This document shows, piece after piece, positions 33,939 through 42,833 of a DNA stretch of 64,000 nt. The notes beneath the pieces were generated by a model, which saw nothing but the letters and a program-made list of their open reading frames with translations, was not told the DNA's origin and ran no database searches. The DNA is taken from NCBI GenBank assembly GCA_964481755.1, contig CAYZVH010000001.1, positions 2,337 through 66,336 on the forward strand, read 5' to 3'. The position numbers and the translations under genes are program-made. This DNA is from an uncultured Bacteroides sp. Its GTDB lineage: Bacteria > Bacteroidota > Bacteroidia > Bacteroidales > Bacteroidaceae. Position 1 is the stretch's first letter; every line of letters begins with the position of its first letter.

Positions 33939-36719
33939 TTATAGTTTTATATTCATTTCCATACCGAAATAGGGACTTGCCGCCGTGCGGCGCACCTCTA
34001 CCCCATTGCGTGTGTAGTCGGGCACATAGTCCACCAACCGGTCGATGAAGAGCGACATACCGATGTTCTTGGTAAACTCCTTCGTCACCTTGAAGTTGAG
34101 GTAGGCATAGAATGGAGTACGGAGTTTATCGCCACTTACGCGCGTTTCTCTGACAAGATACCGTTTATAGATATCACTCTTGTCTGCTTCGGTGTAATGG
34201 TGTTGTTCACCGGTCGTGTCGATGTAGGCGATAGGTGTACCATCAGTGTCTTTGTTTTGCGACATGGAGTACCACTGGCACTCTGCCGTGACGCTAAACT
34301 TCAGTCCCAACTTGGGCAAGGCGGTATCAATGATAAAATTGGTATTGAAATACTCGCGCAAGTAGTCGTCCACCTGGTTGTAGATGCCGACGTACAAGTC
34401 GCTCACATAGACGTTGCCAATGACATTGGATACACTATAGTACTGCGGCACGCTGTTCTGGTAGAGGGTGCGGAACCAAGCGCCGTTCACCGTGAAGCGT
34501 GTGTTGATGCCCTTGAAACGTTCGGTAGCAAGTTGGAACTCGATGCCTTGCTTCAGTGTGCGGCTACCATTACCGGTCTGGCTGTATCCGTCCAAACGGG
34601 TCTTCACCTCGTACGGAGTAGTCTCCAACGAAGGAGGTCCCGTGAGGGTGGTCGCGTCGATGGTGCTCTCATCATAGTCCTTGTACGTATAAGGCAGGTA
34701 CTGGGCTATCGAGCGGAATCCGTTCTTCATATCCTCGCGGAAGTAGGTAATGGATAAGGTATTCTTGTGGTAATCGAAACCCAAGCGCACCTCCCACTTC
34801 AGGTTCTTCGCAGGTTTAATGTCGTAGTTCGTAGAATCTACGATATACGAGACGAGATTCACCCGGCGGTAGTCCTTATTGGTGTGGTAGTAACTCATCT
34901 GTGCGATGTCGTGATAGAGCGTCTCGGGATAGAGCATGTCCAGCGTAGGCATCTTCGTAAGGTAACCGATACCTGCGGTGAGGTCGATGTTCAGTTTGTC
35001 CTTACCCAAGTTAATAGCAGGCAGTTTCCACTGTGCGTTGGCACGCGGGTCGAGGTAGTACTTGCCGTTCATAGCAAAGCGACTGTCGAGGTTGAGCAAC
35101 GAATTGGCACTCACACCCAACTGTAGCTCGAACTGATGTTTGCCCCACGAGGTCTGCATGCGGTCCTCTACGAAGAAAGAGACCTTCTCCGACGCGGGGA
35201 TGTCGCAGTACCGACGCGGACGAGTACTGTGATACGTAGGGTCGAGCGGACGGGTGATGTCGTACACCTGACCCTCGCCATAGTTCTTGGCATAGTTCCA
35301 CTTGCCGCCTACCAACCACTTGTGACGGATGAATCCGGTCTGCTGCTCGAAGTGTGCGTTGAGCGAAGCGTAGAGACTCAACGGTTTGCCGTCCACCGTT
35401 AGGTAGGCCATATATTTATAAGGTAATATCTCGGCATCGTATTCCTCACCGCTGTATTGGGTGATGTGCGTGGGAGCCACGCGGTCGCGGTCGAGCACGG
35501 TCAGACGCGAACGTTTAATCTTGTCCCACGACATGTTGGCGGAGAAGTTCATCTCGATGCTATGCAAGAAACGCTCCTTCACCGGAGTCACCGTGAAGAG
35601 GTTGGTCAATGCCAACGAGTTGTAGCTCGACTTGTAGTTGTCCTCGGGAGTCTTCTCTATATCGGGGTCTGTCTTTGCACCGTCGATATTGACATTATAG
35701 GAAGCCGTCGCATTCCAGCGAAGCACATATTTCGAAGGGTACCACCGTTTGGAGGTACGGACAGATGCGTTGATGCGTTTGTAGTTCTCGTGGCGGTCGC
35801 GCGGATCGGCTTTGGAGTCCATATAGCTGAGGTCACCACTGAGCACGAAGTTCTGTCTCTCCCACTCCACACCTTTTCCGGCAGAGAAGAGTTTGCCATA
35901 TTGGTCCGCCTTGAAGCGTGCCTCCAAGGGGGAGGCGGAAAGTTTGCGCTTAATCAGCACCAAGCCGCTGGTCAGGTCGCTATATTGTACGGAAGGGATA
36001 CCGCGGATAATCTCCACGCTCTCGATGTTGTCGGTGGAAATCTGTCGCATGTCCACACCGGCGTTCACGGAACTGCGGTCGCTGAAATCCGTGATGTCCG
36101 ACGTGACAGACTGCAGGTTAGCATCAACATTGATGGGGGTACCGTCAATGACGAACTGTGTACCGAGGGAGCCGGTGTTGTAATTGGAACTGGAAATGTC
36201 CGCCTCTCGGAGCGTGATGGTGTTGGCCTTGTTCATCACCGGATTGCTGGTGGAACCACCGGGGAGCAGTGCCAACAGGTCGGTGAAGCTGGTGGGCTGC
36301 AGGTGTTCCATCGCCGTGCGGTCGATACGCGAAGCGCTGGTGATGTCCCTCGACTCGGAAGCCGTCACCACCACCTCGTGCAGATTCTCTTCCAAAGGTT
36401 TCAGGTAGAGCGTAAGGAAGAGGTTCTTCTTGAGGGATACCGGACGGGAGAGCGACTGGTAGCCCACGTAGCTGACGGTGAGCGTAGCCTCATCCTTACC
36501 AAGGGAGACATTCAGCAGGTTGAATTTACCTTTCTCGTCAGAAGCTGTGCCTACGACTTTGCCTTCGGCTGTCTTCACCTGTATGGTAGCGAAAGGCAAC
36601 GGCTGGCGGGTCTGTTCGTCACTTATTATACCAGAGACGCTGACTGGAAGGGATTGAGCTGTGGCGTACGTCGCGAACATCAGCAGCCCAGTAAAATAAT
36701 TCAATATTCTTCGTATCAT
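33939..36719 (-). CDS. TonB-dependent receptor with an N-terminal carboxypeptidase-regulatory-like domain
   Basis: About 926 aa with GIISDEQTRQPLPFATIQV, a plug domain and a barrel. The track ORF start is a GTG at 36746 that overlaps a -7 box, so ATG 36717-36719 is preferred. Confidence 0.85.
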   Translation of the reverse strand: MIRRILNYFTGLLMFATYATAQSLPVSVSGIISDEQTRQPLPFATIQVKTAEGKVVGTASDEKGKFNLLNVSLGKDEATLTVSYVGYQSLSRPVSLKKNLFLTLYLKPLEENLHEVVVTASESRDITSASRIDRTAMEHLQPTSFTDLLALLPGGSTSNPVMNKANTITLREADISSSNYNTGSLGTQFVIDGTPINVDANLQSVTSDITDFSDRSSVNAGVDMRQISTDNIESVEIIRGIPSVQYSDLTSGLVLIKRKLSASPLEARFKADQYGKLFSAGKGVEWERQNFVLSGDLSYMDSKADPRDRHENYKRINASVRTSKRWYPSKYVLRWNATASYNVNIDGAKTDPDIEKTPEDNYKSSYNSLALTNLFTVTPVKERFLHSIEMNFSANMSWDKIKRSRLTVLDRDRVAPTHITQYSGEEYDAEILPYKYMAYLTVDGKPLSLYASLNAHFEQQTGFIRHKWLVGGKWNYAKNYGEGQVYDITRPLDPTYHSTRPRRYCDIPASEKVSFFVEDRMQTSWGKHQFELQLGVSANSLLNLDSRFAMNGKYYLDPRANAQWKLPAINLGKDKLNIDLTAGIGYLTKMPTLDMLYPETLYHDIAQMSYYHTNKDYRRVNLVSYIVDSTNYDIKPAKNLKWEVRLGFDYHKNTLSITYFREDMKNGFRSIAQYLPYTYKDYDESTIDATTLTGPPSLETTPYEVKTRLDGYSQTGNGSRTLKQGIEFQLATERFKGINTRFTVNGAWFRTLYQNSVPQYYSVSNVIGNVYVSDLYVGIYNQVDDYLREYFNTNFIIDTALPKLGLKFSVTAECQWYSMSQNKDTDGTPIAYIDTTGEQHHYTEADKSDIYKRYLVRETRVSGDKLRTPFYAYLNFKVTKEFTKNIGMSLFIDRLVDYVPDYTRNGVEVRRTAASPYFGMEMNIKL

Positions 36720-36745
36720 ATACTGACTGTTCAGTTTTCCGAGCA

Positions 36746-36753
36746 CAAAAGTA
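36746..36753 (-). promoter_or_regulatory. -7 box (TACTTTTG) for the TonB-receptor unit
   Basis: The reverse complement of caaaagta, 27 nt upstream of ATG 36719. Confidence 0.5.
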
Positions 36754-36860
36754 TTTTGTCCCGGAAAAACCTACAATCATTATATGTTGGTATTTCGGTA
36801 GGTACACTTACCTACGAATATGTATTCTACAACATAAAATTGGTCTCAAAGTGGCCTCTA

Positions 36861-37298
36861 TCAGAAGCCGGTGCTAGGCACAACGATGCCTATGCCATCG
36901 TCCTCCGCCCAAAGCCAAGCGTACTGACTGTCCTTCTTGAGCAGGTAAACATTGGTGACACTGTTCAAGTCGGTCGTCATAGAGCTGCTGACGCGTCCGT
37001 TCACCTTTTCCTCCTCGGTAGGCCAGCCGTCCATCTGCAGAGTAAACTGCTTGCCGGTGGAGAGGTCGGTGACACTCAGCACGGCATTGTCGGGCAAGCA
37101 GTAGAACTGACAGTTGAGCTTGTCGAAGGCTACGAGGGTGGTTCCATTCTTATAAATGCCCAGCTCAGAGCTGGTGGCGAAGGCCGCCCGTTGCTTCTCG
37201 TATTTGTAGGTATCGTCGGAACACGATGCCATCAGAAGCATCATGCCTATACCTACTATATATATATAATAATGTATGCTCTTCATTTCTCTTTTCAT
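36861..37298 (-). CDS. Small lipoprotein of unknown function
   Basis: 145 aa with lipobox LLMASC followed by SDD. Its ATG directly abuts the stop codon of the M6-like gene (TAAATG). Confidence 0.7.
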   Translation of the reverse strand: MKREMKSIHYYIYIVGIGMMLLMASCSDDTYKYEKQRAAFATSSELGIYKNGTTLVAFDKLNCQFYCLPDNAVLSVTDLSTGKQFTLQMDGWPTEEEKVNGRVSSSMTTDLNSVTNVYLLKKDSQYAWLWAEDDGIGIVVPSTGF

Positions 37299-39467
37299 TT
37301 ATTGTACGTTGAAATAGCGGGTGTAGTAGGCCTTGTAGCCGCTTTGGGTCTCCACCTCGGCACGCACCTCGTGGTCACCGGCGGACAACTTACAGAAGTT
37401 GAACGACTGCTCGCCATCGATGGTCCAGGTGATGGACTTCACCGTGCCGACACCGTTGAGGTAAACCAGATAATAGTCCGGCTGTTGCTCGAGGGGCGAA
37501 ACCAACTCCATCTCCGCTTGGTAGGAGTAGGAAGATACGCCCGTGATGAAGCTGAAAGTCTGCTCCACGTCGGCCGACCCGGTGATGGTCACCTCGTAGA
37601 TGGTGTTAGGCGTGAGGCCGCTCAGATGGAGAGTCTTCTCCGTCACCTCCTGGCTGTTATTATAGCTCCTATCGCGCTGGGCCTTCCAAGCGACGGTCCA
37701 TTTGTCGGACATGTCGTCGCTCCACGAGAAGACCACATCGTTTTGGTAGACGCTCAGCTCTTCGATGCAGATGCCGCCCACCGTGAAGGTGACGGTTCCA
37801 TCCGCCAGAGCGATGTTGTGCAATTCGTAGTTAGGCGTATCACCCTGCCACGAAGCATAGTATTTGTTGGTGGACTTCTGTAGCTTGGTCACTTCGAAGC
37901 CTCCTGGGAAGAAGGCATTGGCCGGATAGTTGACCACCATGTCCGCCACGGGATAAGAGCAGATTACCTTCATACACTCCATCCCCGATATGGCATTGAG
38001 CGTGTTGTTGTACCAGTAATTGGAGTTGGAGTAGTCGATATGGTAAACCAGCAATCCTTGGTAAGCCGTGGCTCCAGAGCCGTAGCTGGCACTGTAGCGT
38101 GTCAGGTACTCAGCCTTGTCCCACACCTGGTCGCCCTTGCCACGGTACTCCAGCAGGAAGTAGTCGTTGGTGCTGGGGGTACCTATCAAAAAACCTTTGT
38201 CATGCGTCACAGGGTACAGGGTGTAGCTGCCCGAGGCGGTAATCTCTTCGGGTTCAGCCCAACCCACCATCCAGCGTTCGAGGATGCTCAGCGCAGGAGG
38301 GGTATGCGATTCGTTGTTGTAGTCGCCGGAGTCCATCAGCGAGTAGAGGGACGGTCCGTAGTTTTGTCCGTTCTTCTCGTAGTTGGTATCGTAGAAATCG
38401 GGCCAGCCCAACACATGACCAAACTCGTGGCAGAAAGCGCCGATACCGGTGAGGCAAATCGTGCCATCGTTGGTTTTCATGAGCTCAGCAGAACAAGCAT
38501 AGCCCGACAAACTCACCCCGTCGAGTGTCAAACCACTAGCGACGGTGCTGCGGTGGGGCCAAATGCCGTCAGGGTCAGCTCCATCGGCCTCGCCACCTCC
38601 CGAGTAGAAGATGAAGACATCCTTGGCCGTTCCATCCACAGCATACTGACTGAAGTCCACATCGCCCGCGTCGTGGGCCAGCGTGCAAACCTCGGCTGCC
38701 ATCTCGCGGGCCTTGGCATCTTCGTTGGCGGTGTAGTAGCTCCGCTCGTTGGAGAGTTTGTAGGGACCTAGCACCACATACTCGGGGTCGAACCGTCCGT
38801 TGGAGTTGTCGTAGTAGTATTGCCAAGCGCTTCCCGTGGCACCGTTATAGGAGTAGTTGTGTCCGTTGAGCATCTCGTTGAAGTTTTGTCGCGTACCTTC
38901 GGTGAATGGGAGGTCGGGAAACTCAGCCAACAACACCACATACTTCTGCTTGCCGGTGGTGGGGAAACTTTGGTTGCGGATGCGATCCGGCACCTTATAC
39001 TGGGTGGAGACAGCCGCCTTGGTAGACTTAGCCGCTGCAGTTGTCTGGTTCGGCGTGGCCCACGACTCCATCATCTCCTTGGCACGTTCGCTCATCGCCT
39101 GCGGACGCACGCCCTTCTCGATAGCGGTAGTGGAACCGGCCCGGGTACTCAACGGGTTATTACCAGGAAACTTATTCTGTGCTTTCACCTCGGTTGGGGC
39201 CAACAGTCCGGCAGGGTCGAGCGTGGCATAGTAGTAGTTGCCATCGTCACCACGCACCAGTGTGTAGCCATCCTCGGAGAGGGCATAGTGGCTGAACTCG
39301 TCGCCATGGAGCGTGACGCGCAGCACGGTTCCGTCCTTTTGCTTCACCGTGACGACACCGCTACGGGCAGGTATCGCCAGGGTTTGTGGTATACAAATAC
39401 CATATATGGCCAGCCCAATGAGCCAGCCACATACATTACTAACATATTTATTCATCGAATAAGACAT
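37299..39467 (-). CDS. M6 (immune inhibitor A)-like secreted metalloprotease with C-terminal Ig/FN3-like domains
   Basis: 722 aa with a signal peptide. CHEFGHVLGWPDFYD and DGIWPHRS resemble M6 signature motifs. Confidence 0.7.
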   Translation of the reverse strand: MSYSMNKYVSNVCGWLIGLAIYGICIPQTLAIPARSGVVTVKQKDGTVLRVTLHGDEFSHYALSEDGYTLVRGDDGNYYYATLDPAGLLAPTEVKAQNKFPGNNPLSTRAGSTTAIEKGVRPQAMSERAKEMMESWATPNQTTAAAKSTKAAVSTQYKVPDRIRNQSFPTTGKQKYVVLLAEFPDLPFTEGTRQNFNEMLNGHNYSYNGATGSAWQYYYDNSNGRFDPEYVVLGPYKLSNERSYYTANEDAKAREMAAEVCTLAHDAGDVDFSQYAVDGTAKDVFIFYSGGGEADGADPDGIWPHRSTVASGLTLDGVSLSGYACSAELMKTNDGTICLTGIGAFCHEFGHVLGWPDFYDTNYEKNGQNYGPSLYSLMDSGDYNNESHTPPALSILERWMVGWAEPEEITASGSYTLYPVTHDKGFLIGTPSTNDYFLLEYRGKGDQVWDKAEYLTRYSASYGSGATAYQGLLVYHIDYSNSNYWYNNTLNAISGMECMKVICSYPVADMVVNYPANAFFPGGFEVTKLQKSTNKYYASWQGDTPNYELHNIALADGTVTFTVGGICIEELSVYQNDVVFSWSDDMSDKWTVAWKAQRDRSYNNSQEVTEKTLHLSGLTPNTIYEVTITGSADVEQTFSFITGVSSYSYQAEMELVSPLEQQPDYYLVYLNGVGTVKSITWTIDGEQSFNFCKLSAGDHEVRAEVETQSGYKAYYTRYFNVQ

Positions 39468-39473
39468 TCCGAG

Positions 39474-40511
39474 TTAGAAAAAACGGGGTTTCACATACTT
39501 GTCCTTGTAAGAGGTGAAGGAGAGTATGGAGAACGAAGACTCGTCGTCCTCAATCACCTTCTTGCGTATCAACGAGAAGTCGTCGGCGGAGAGGGCGTAG
39601 TAGCACATCTCCGTGTCTGTGGTCACACGCACAGTCCAATCGAACATGTTGCCGAATATCAGCAGTCCGTCCTTCTCGGGGTCATAGGATTCCACACCGG
39701 TCATTATCACCTCGTAGCTCTTGTTGAGCAACACGTAGAAGTGGTTGTCCACGTCGGTGAGATAGCCCAGTGTCTGACGGTTGGTGAACTCTGTTACGAA
39801 CAGATGTTTCAGTTTCAGTCCCTCGGGCAGGTCGATGGCACGCACATAGGGGCGACCTTTCGTCATCTTCACATGGAAGAGTTTACCCTCGTTGTCCAGT
39901 ATCAAGTAACCCTCGTCGTACTCCTTGCGGGCGCTGGGGTTGCCGGCTATCTCGGTAGCGGGAAATACGAAACCTTTCTTCTTCAGCATCAAGGTGAAGA
40001 GCTCGCTCTTCTGCTCGTCAATGGAGTTGGTCTCCATCTTCACGAACTCCATACCCTTGGAGTTGATGCGGAACACATCGTCGGGCATGGTCAATTCCAC
40101 GCGCTTGGACATGCTCTCCATCAAGGGGTAGAGGCCAACCTTGGGAGCGTTGAAGTCCTGGGCGGAGGCACGGAAGTTGAAGTTATTCACCTGCACCTCA
40201 CGCGGCGTGATGCCCACGCCATTGATGGTGTCGGGGAAGCGCTCGTCGGCCATCAGCTGACGGACGTAGAAGAAGGGCAACAGACTGTCGGCCTGTTCCT
40301 GAGTATATTCGTTACCGGACTCGTCCACACGAATCAGTTTGCCTTTCTCGTCATCGAAGCCCATCGTAACGAACTCGCCCTTCAAAGTACTGTAGATGCA
40401 GAAGGTCGACTTCGAGGGAGAAGCAGTGAAGAAGGAGTAGCACCAAGGCAGTTGCCACATCAAAATGAGGGCGACTGTGATGCCTAAAAATATCTTGCTA
40501 AAGCGTATCAT
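39474..40511 (-). CDS. Membrane-anchored accessory protein (DUF4857-like, from memory)
   Basis: 345 aa with a single N-terminal TM segment (IFLGITVALILMWQLPW). It follows the ABC permease by 30 nt. Confidence 0.5.
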   Translation of the reverse strand: MIRFSKIFLGITVALILMWQLPWCYSFFTASPSKSTFCIYSTLKGEFVTMGFDDEKGKLIRVDESGNEYTQEQADSLLPFFYVRQLMADERFPDTINGVGITPREVQVNNFNFRASAQDFNAPKVGLYPLMESMSKRVELTMPDDVFRINSKGMEFVKMETNSIDEQKSELFTLMLKKKGFVFPATEIAGNPSARKEYDEGYLILDNEGKLFHVKMTKGRPYVRAIDLPEGLKLKHLFVTEFTNRQTLGYLTDVDNHFYVLLNKSYEVIMTGVESYDPEKDGLLIFGNMFDWTVRVTTDTEMCYYALSADDFSLIRKKVIEDDESSFSILSFTSYKDKYVKPRFF

Positions 40512-40541
40512 TGTTCTGTGTTTAATAGTTTGTGTATCCGT

Positions 40542-41210
40542 TTAATCCTGTTTGCCCATCTTGAAGCGGTTGATGGAGAGCCACGAGAAACTGATGCTCA
40601 GCAGAGTGAAGAGCACCATCCAAGGCAAGAATCCAGTGTAGGCCTCGGGCAAGGTGGAGAGGAAGAACACCCGCAGGACGAGCAGCGTCACTATGAAGTT
40701 AAGCACGCGACATTTCCATGTCGGCTCCAGACAAATCCAAGCCACCAACAGGTAAGACTCCACACCGGCCAGATACCATGGTATGGCCGTGAGCAACACC
40801 CGGTTGTAGAGTTCTGGTGCGAGGATGCCCTGCAGATAAGCGAACATCAGGATGAAGTTGGTAGCGAAGCAGACACAGAGGGCCACGATGCCGTAGAGCA
40901 ACATGAAGTTGACCATCTTCAGCTGCGGGTAAGGCAGGTGGAGCGTCAGCTTCAGACACTTACGGTACATCTCGGGCACGAACTGCACCACAGCGAAGAG
41001 GATGCCCACCAACAGGGGCACATACTGAATTAACTCGATGAAAGTGGTATCCTTCATCAACATAATCTCCCACACGTGGGCCACACCCTTCAGGTTGACC
41101 ACCTTATTGATGCGCAGCATAGCGTATCCGGCAAATCCTAGGGTCACTACCAAGGCCAAGAGCGAATACCAGCGCGTCTTTATCCATTCCTTATAAAATA
41201 TAGCGTTCAT
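40542..41210 (-). CDS. ABC-2-type permease-like membrane protein (6 TM)
   Basis: About 222 aa with six hydrophobic segments. The track start at 41234 is a TTG, so ATG 41208-41210 is preferred. Confidence 0.65.
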   Translation of the reverse strand: MNAIFYKEWIKTRWYSLLALVVTLGFAGYAMLRINKVVNLKGVAHVWEIMLMKDTTFIELIQYVPLLVGILFAVVQFVPEMYRKCLKLTLHLPYPQLKMVNFMLLYGIVALCVCFATNFILMFAYLQGILAPELYNRVLLTAIPWYLAGVESYLLVAWICLEPTWKCRVLNFIVTLLVLRVFFLSTLPEAYTGFLPWMVLFTLLSISFSWLSINRFKMGKQD

Positions 41211-41230
41211 CTTTCTTTCGTATTTACCAA

Positions 41231-42118
41231 TCAATATTTTCCGGTCAAGCCGATGAAGGCATCTTCCAGGTTCACACTCTCACACTTCAGGTCCTCGTAG
41301 GGAACGTTGAGTGAGCGGAGGCTATTCTCCACCTCGTCCTTGGTGAGGAACGAGAACGTTTCCAGTTCAGTGCGGATAACCGAGGGGTGGTAGAAGCGCT
41401 TGTCCTCGGGCATCACGTAGCCTTCTGGCACCTTGCAGGTGAAGCGGTGCAGGGTGGAGAGCAACTCACCCACAGGTTGTTGCACCAGGATGCTACCGTA
41501 GTCCATGATGATGCAGTCGTCAATCAGGCGCTCCATATCCTGGATGATGTGTGAGGTGAGGAAGACGGTCTTGTTCTCGGAACGGGCATAGTCGCGCAGG
41601 TAGTCGACGAAGAGTCGGCGGTAACCAGGGTCGAGTCCCAAGGAGAAGTCGTCGAGGATAAGCAGTTCGGGGTTCTGTGCGAGGATGATGCCCAGGGCCA
41701 CCTGCGAGCGCTGACCGCATGACATGCGTGAGATGAGTTGTCCGGGAGCCACCTTAAGTTTCTCCATCAAGCCATAGTAGGCATCCTTGCGCCACTGGCC
41801 GGGGTAGAAAGCCGAGTAGAATTTCTCTATCTCACGGATGGTCATGAACTGATACTGCACATGGCCTTCGATAAGCAAACCGATGTTCTTACGCAGTGAA
41901 GGTTGCATGTGGCTAATCTCTTCGCCAAAGATGCGGCACTCGCCGGAGCGCGGTTGCAGATATCCGCTCAAGATGTTGATAGTGGTCGTTTTTCCCGTTC
42001 CGTTCTTTCCCAAGAGACCCAGTATGCGTCCTTTGGGAACATTGAAACTCAGATTCTCGTAAATCATCCGCTTACCGTAGTAGTGCGTCAGATTCTTGCA
42101 TTCAATGATATTCTCCAT
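41231..42118 (-). CDS. ABC transporter ATP-binding protein
   Basis: Walker A GKNGTGKTT, signature MSCGQRSQ and Walker B LLILDD are present. The track start is a TTG at 42142, so ATG 42116-42118 is preferred. Confidence 0.9.
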   Translation of the reverse strand: MENIIECKNLTHYYGKRMIYENLSFNVPKGRILGLLGKNGTGKTTTINILSGYLQPRSGECRIFGEEISHMQPSLRKNIGLLIEGHVQYQFMTIREIEKFYSAFYPGQWRKDAYYGLMEKLKVAPGQLISRMSCGQRSQVALGIILAQNPELLILDDFSLGLDPGYRRLFVDYLRDYARSENKTVFLTSHIIQDMERLIDDCIIMDYGSILVQQPVGELLSTLHRFTCKVPEGYVMPEDKRFYHPSVIRTELETFSFLTKDEVENSLRSLNVPYEDLKCESVNLEDAFIGLTGKY

Positions 42119-42183
42119 ATCCGTTATATGTCTATTTACCAAATTCGTGTGTGTAAGTCTTTGTACCAGAATGTTTCAGCCCG

Positions 42184-42191
42184 CAAAGTTA
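42184..42191 (-). promoter_or_regulatory. -7 box (TAACTTTG) for the ABC/M6 unit
   Basis: The reverse complement of caaagtta, ~66 nt upstream of ATG 42118. Confidence 0.45.
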
Positions 42192-42293
42192 GAGTTTAAA
42201 GAGTTTCGTGCAAATACCCATAAGTAGGTATTTATGTTATTTAAAATAGTATCACAGTTACCTTGTGACTATCAGACGCCCGCAGTTATACAC

Positions 42294-42325
42294 AAAAAAA
42301 GAGAGCTACATCGCTGTAACTCTCT
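42294..42325 (-). terminator. Rho-independent terminator after tRNA-Phe
   Basis: A 10-bp stem (agagagttac / gtagctctct on the minus strand, one wobble), followed by T7. Confidence 0.8.
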
Positions 42326-42334
42326 CTGCTCTTG

Positions 42335-42407
42335 TGGTGCCAACGGGAATCGAACCAGTGACACAAGGATTTTCAGTCCTTTGCTCTACCAACTGAGCTA
42401 TGGCACC
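42335..42407 (-). tRNA. tRNA-Phe (GAA)
   Basis: A 73-nt cloverleaf: acceptor GGTGCCA/TGGCACC, anticodon loop CTGAAAA, T-loop TTCGATT. There is one U-C mismatch in the T-stem. CCA is not encoded. Confidence 0.85.
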
Positions 42408-42421
42408 ATCGTTTACGGCTG

Positions 42422-42429
42422 CAAAGGTA
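42422..42429 (-). promoter_or_regulatory. -7 box (TACCTTTG) for tRNA-Phe
   Basis: The reverse complement of caaaggta, 15 nt upstream of the tRNA 5' end. Confidence 0.55.
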
Positions 42430-42504
42430 AGCACTTTTTCTGAACCTCCAAATATTATATGCAAAAAAGTTCATTTTTTCTTAGGTCGTTTCAAAAATAA
42501 CCTC

Positions 42505-42512
42505 TATCTTTG
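42505..42512 (+). promoter_or_regulatory. -7 box (TATCTTTG) for tRNA-Pro
   Basis: Matches TAnnTTTG, 13 nt upstream of the tRNA 5' end. Confidence 0.55.
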
Positions 42513-42524
42513 CAACCGCAAAAT

Positions 42525-42597
42525 CGGAAAGTAGCGCAGTTGGTAGCGCACTACGTTCGGGACGTAGGGGTCGGGCGTTCGAGTCGCCTCTTTCCGA
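42525..42597 (+). tRNA. tRNA-Pro (CGG)
   Basis: A 73-nt cloverleaf: acceptor CGGAAAG/CTTTCCG, anticodon stem CTACG/CGTAG, loop TTCGGGA, T-loop TTCGAGT. Confidence 0.9.
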
Positions 42598-42602
42598 CGA
42601 TC

Positions 42603-42638
42603 AAGGGAATGATACCGCTTAGGTACGTTCCCTTTTTT
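42603..42638 (+). terminator. Rho-independent terminator after tRNA-Pro
   Basis: aagggaa ... ttccctt stem followed by a T-run. Confidence 0.7.
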
Positions 42639-42788
42639 GTTACCCTTTTGAAGGCCCTTGAGCATAGGGCCTTCGAAAAAAATAGGTATAAAGCCAACCC
42701 GGGACGAGTATCACCAACGAATGTATGATGGAATCGTTAAACAACCTATAGAATACTCCGCCGCACAACATGAGCCGAATATTTTCAT

Positions 42789-42796
42789 TACCTTTG
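42789..42796 (+). promoter_or_regulatory. -7 box (TACCTTTG) for alkaline phosphatase
   Basis: 38 nt upstream of ATG 42834. Confidence 0.5.
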
Positions 42797-42833
42797 CCTT
42801 GTCAAAATCTAAACTTTCTTACAACGGCTTATT

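Noticed and set aside
35457-37883. Very long antisense ORFs in the track. Examples are 35457..37883 (+, 808 aa), 25987..28071 (+), 38820..40487 (+), 50653..52404 (+), 57056..58531 (+), 165..806 and 972..1802 (+).
   Set aside because: Each lies entirely opposite a gene with clear family motifs. Their translations are low-complexity, rich in V/G/H/R/L, with no recognisable domains, signal peptides or promoter boxes. They are the usual shadow ORFs of GC3-biased coding sequence.
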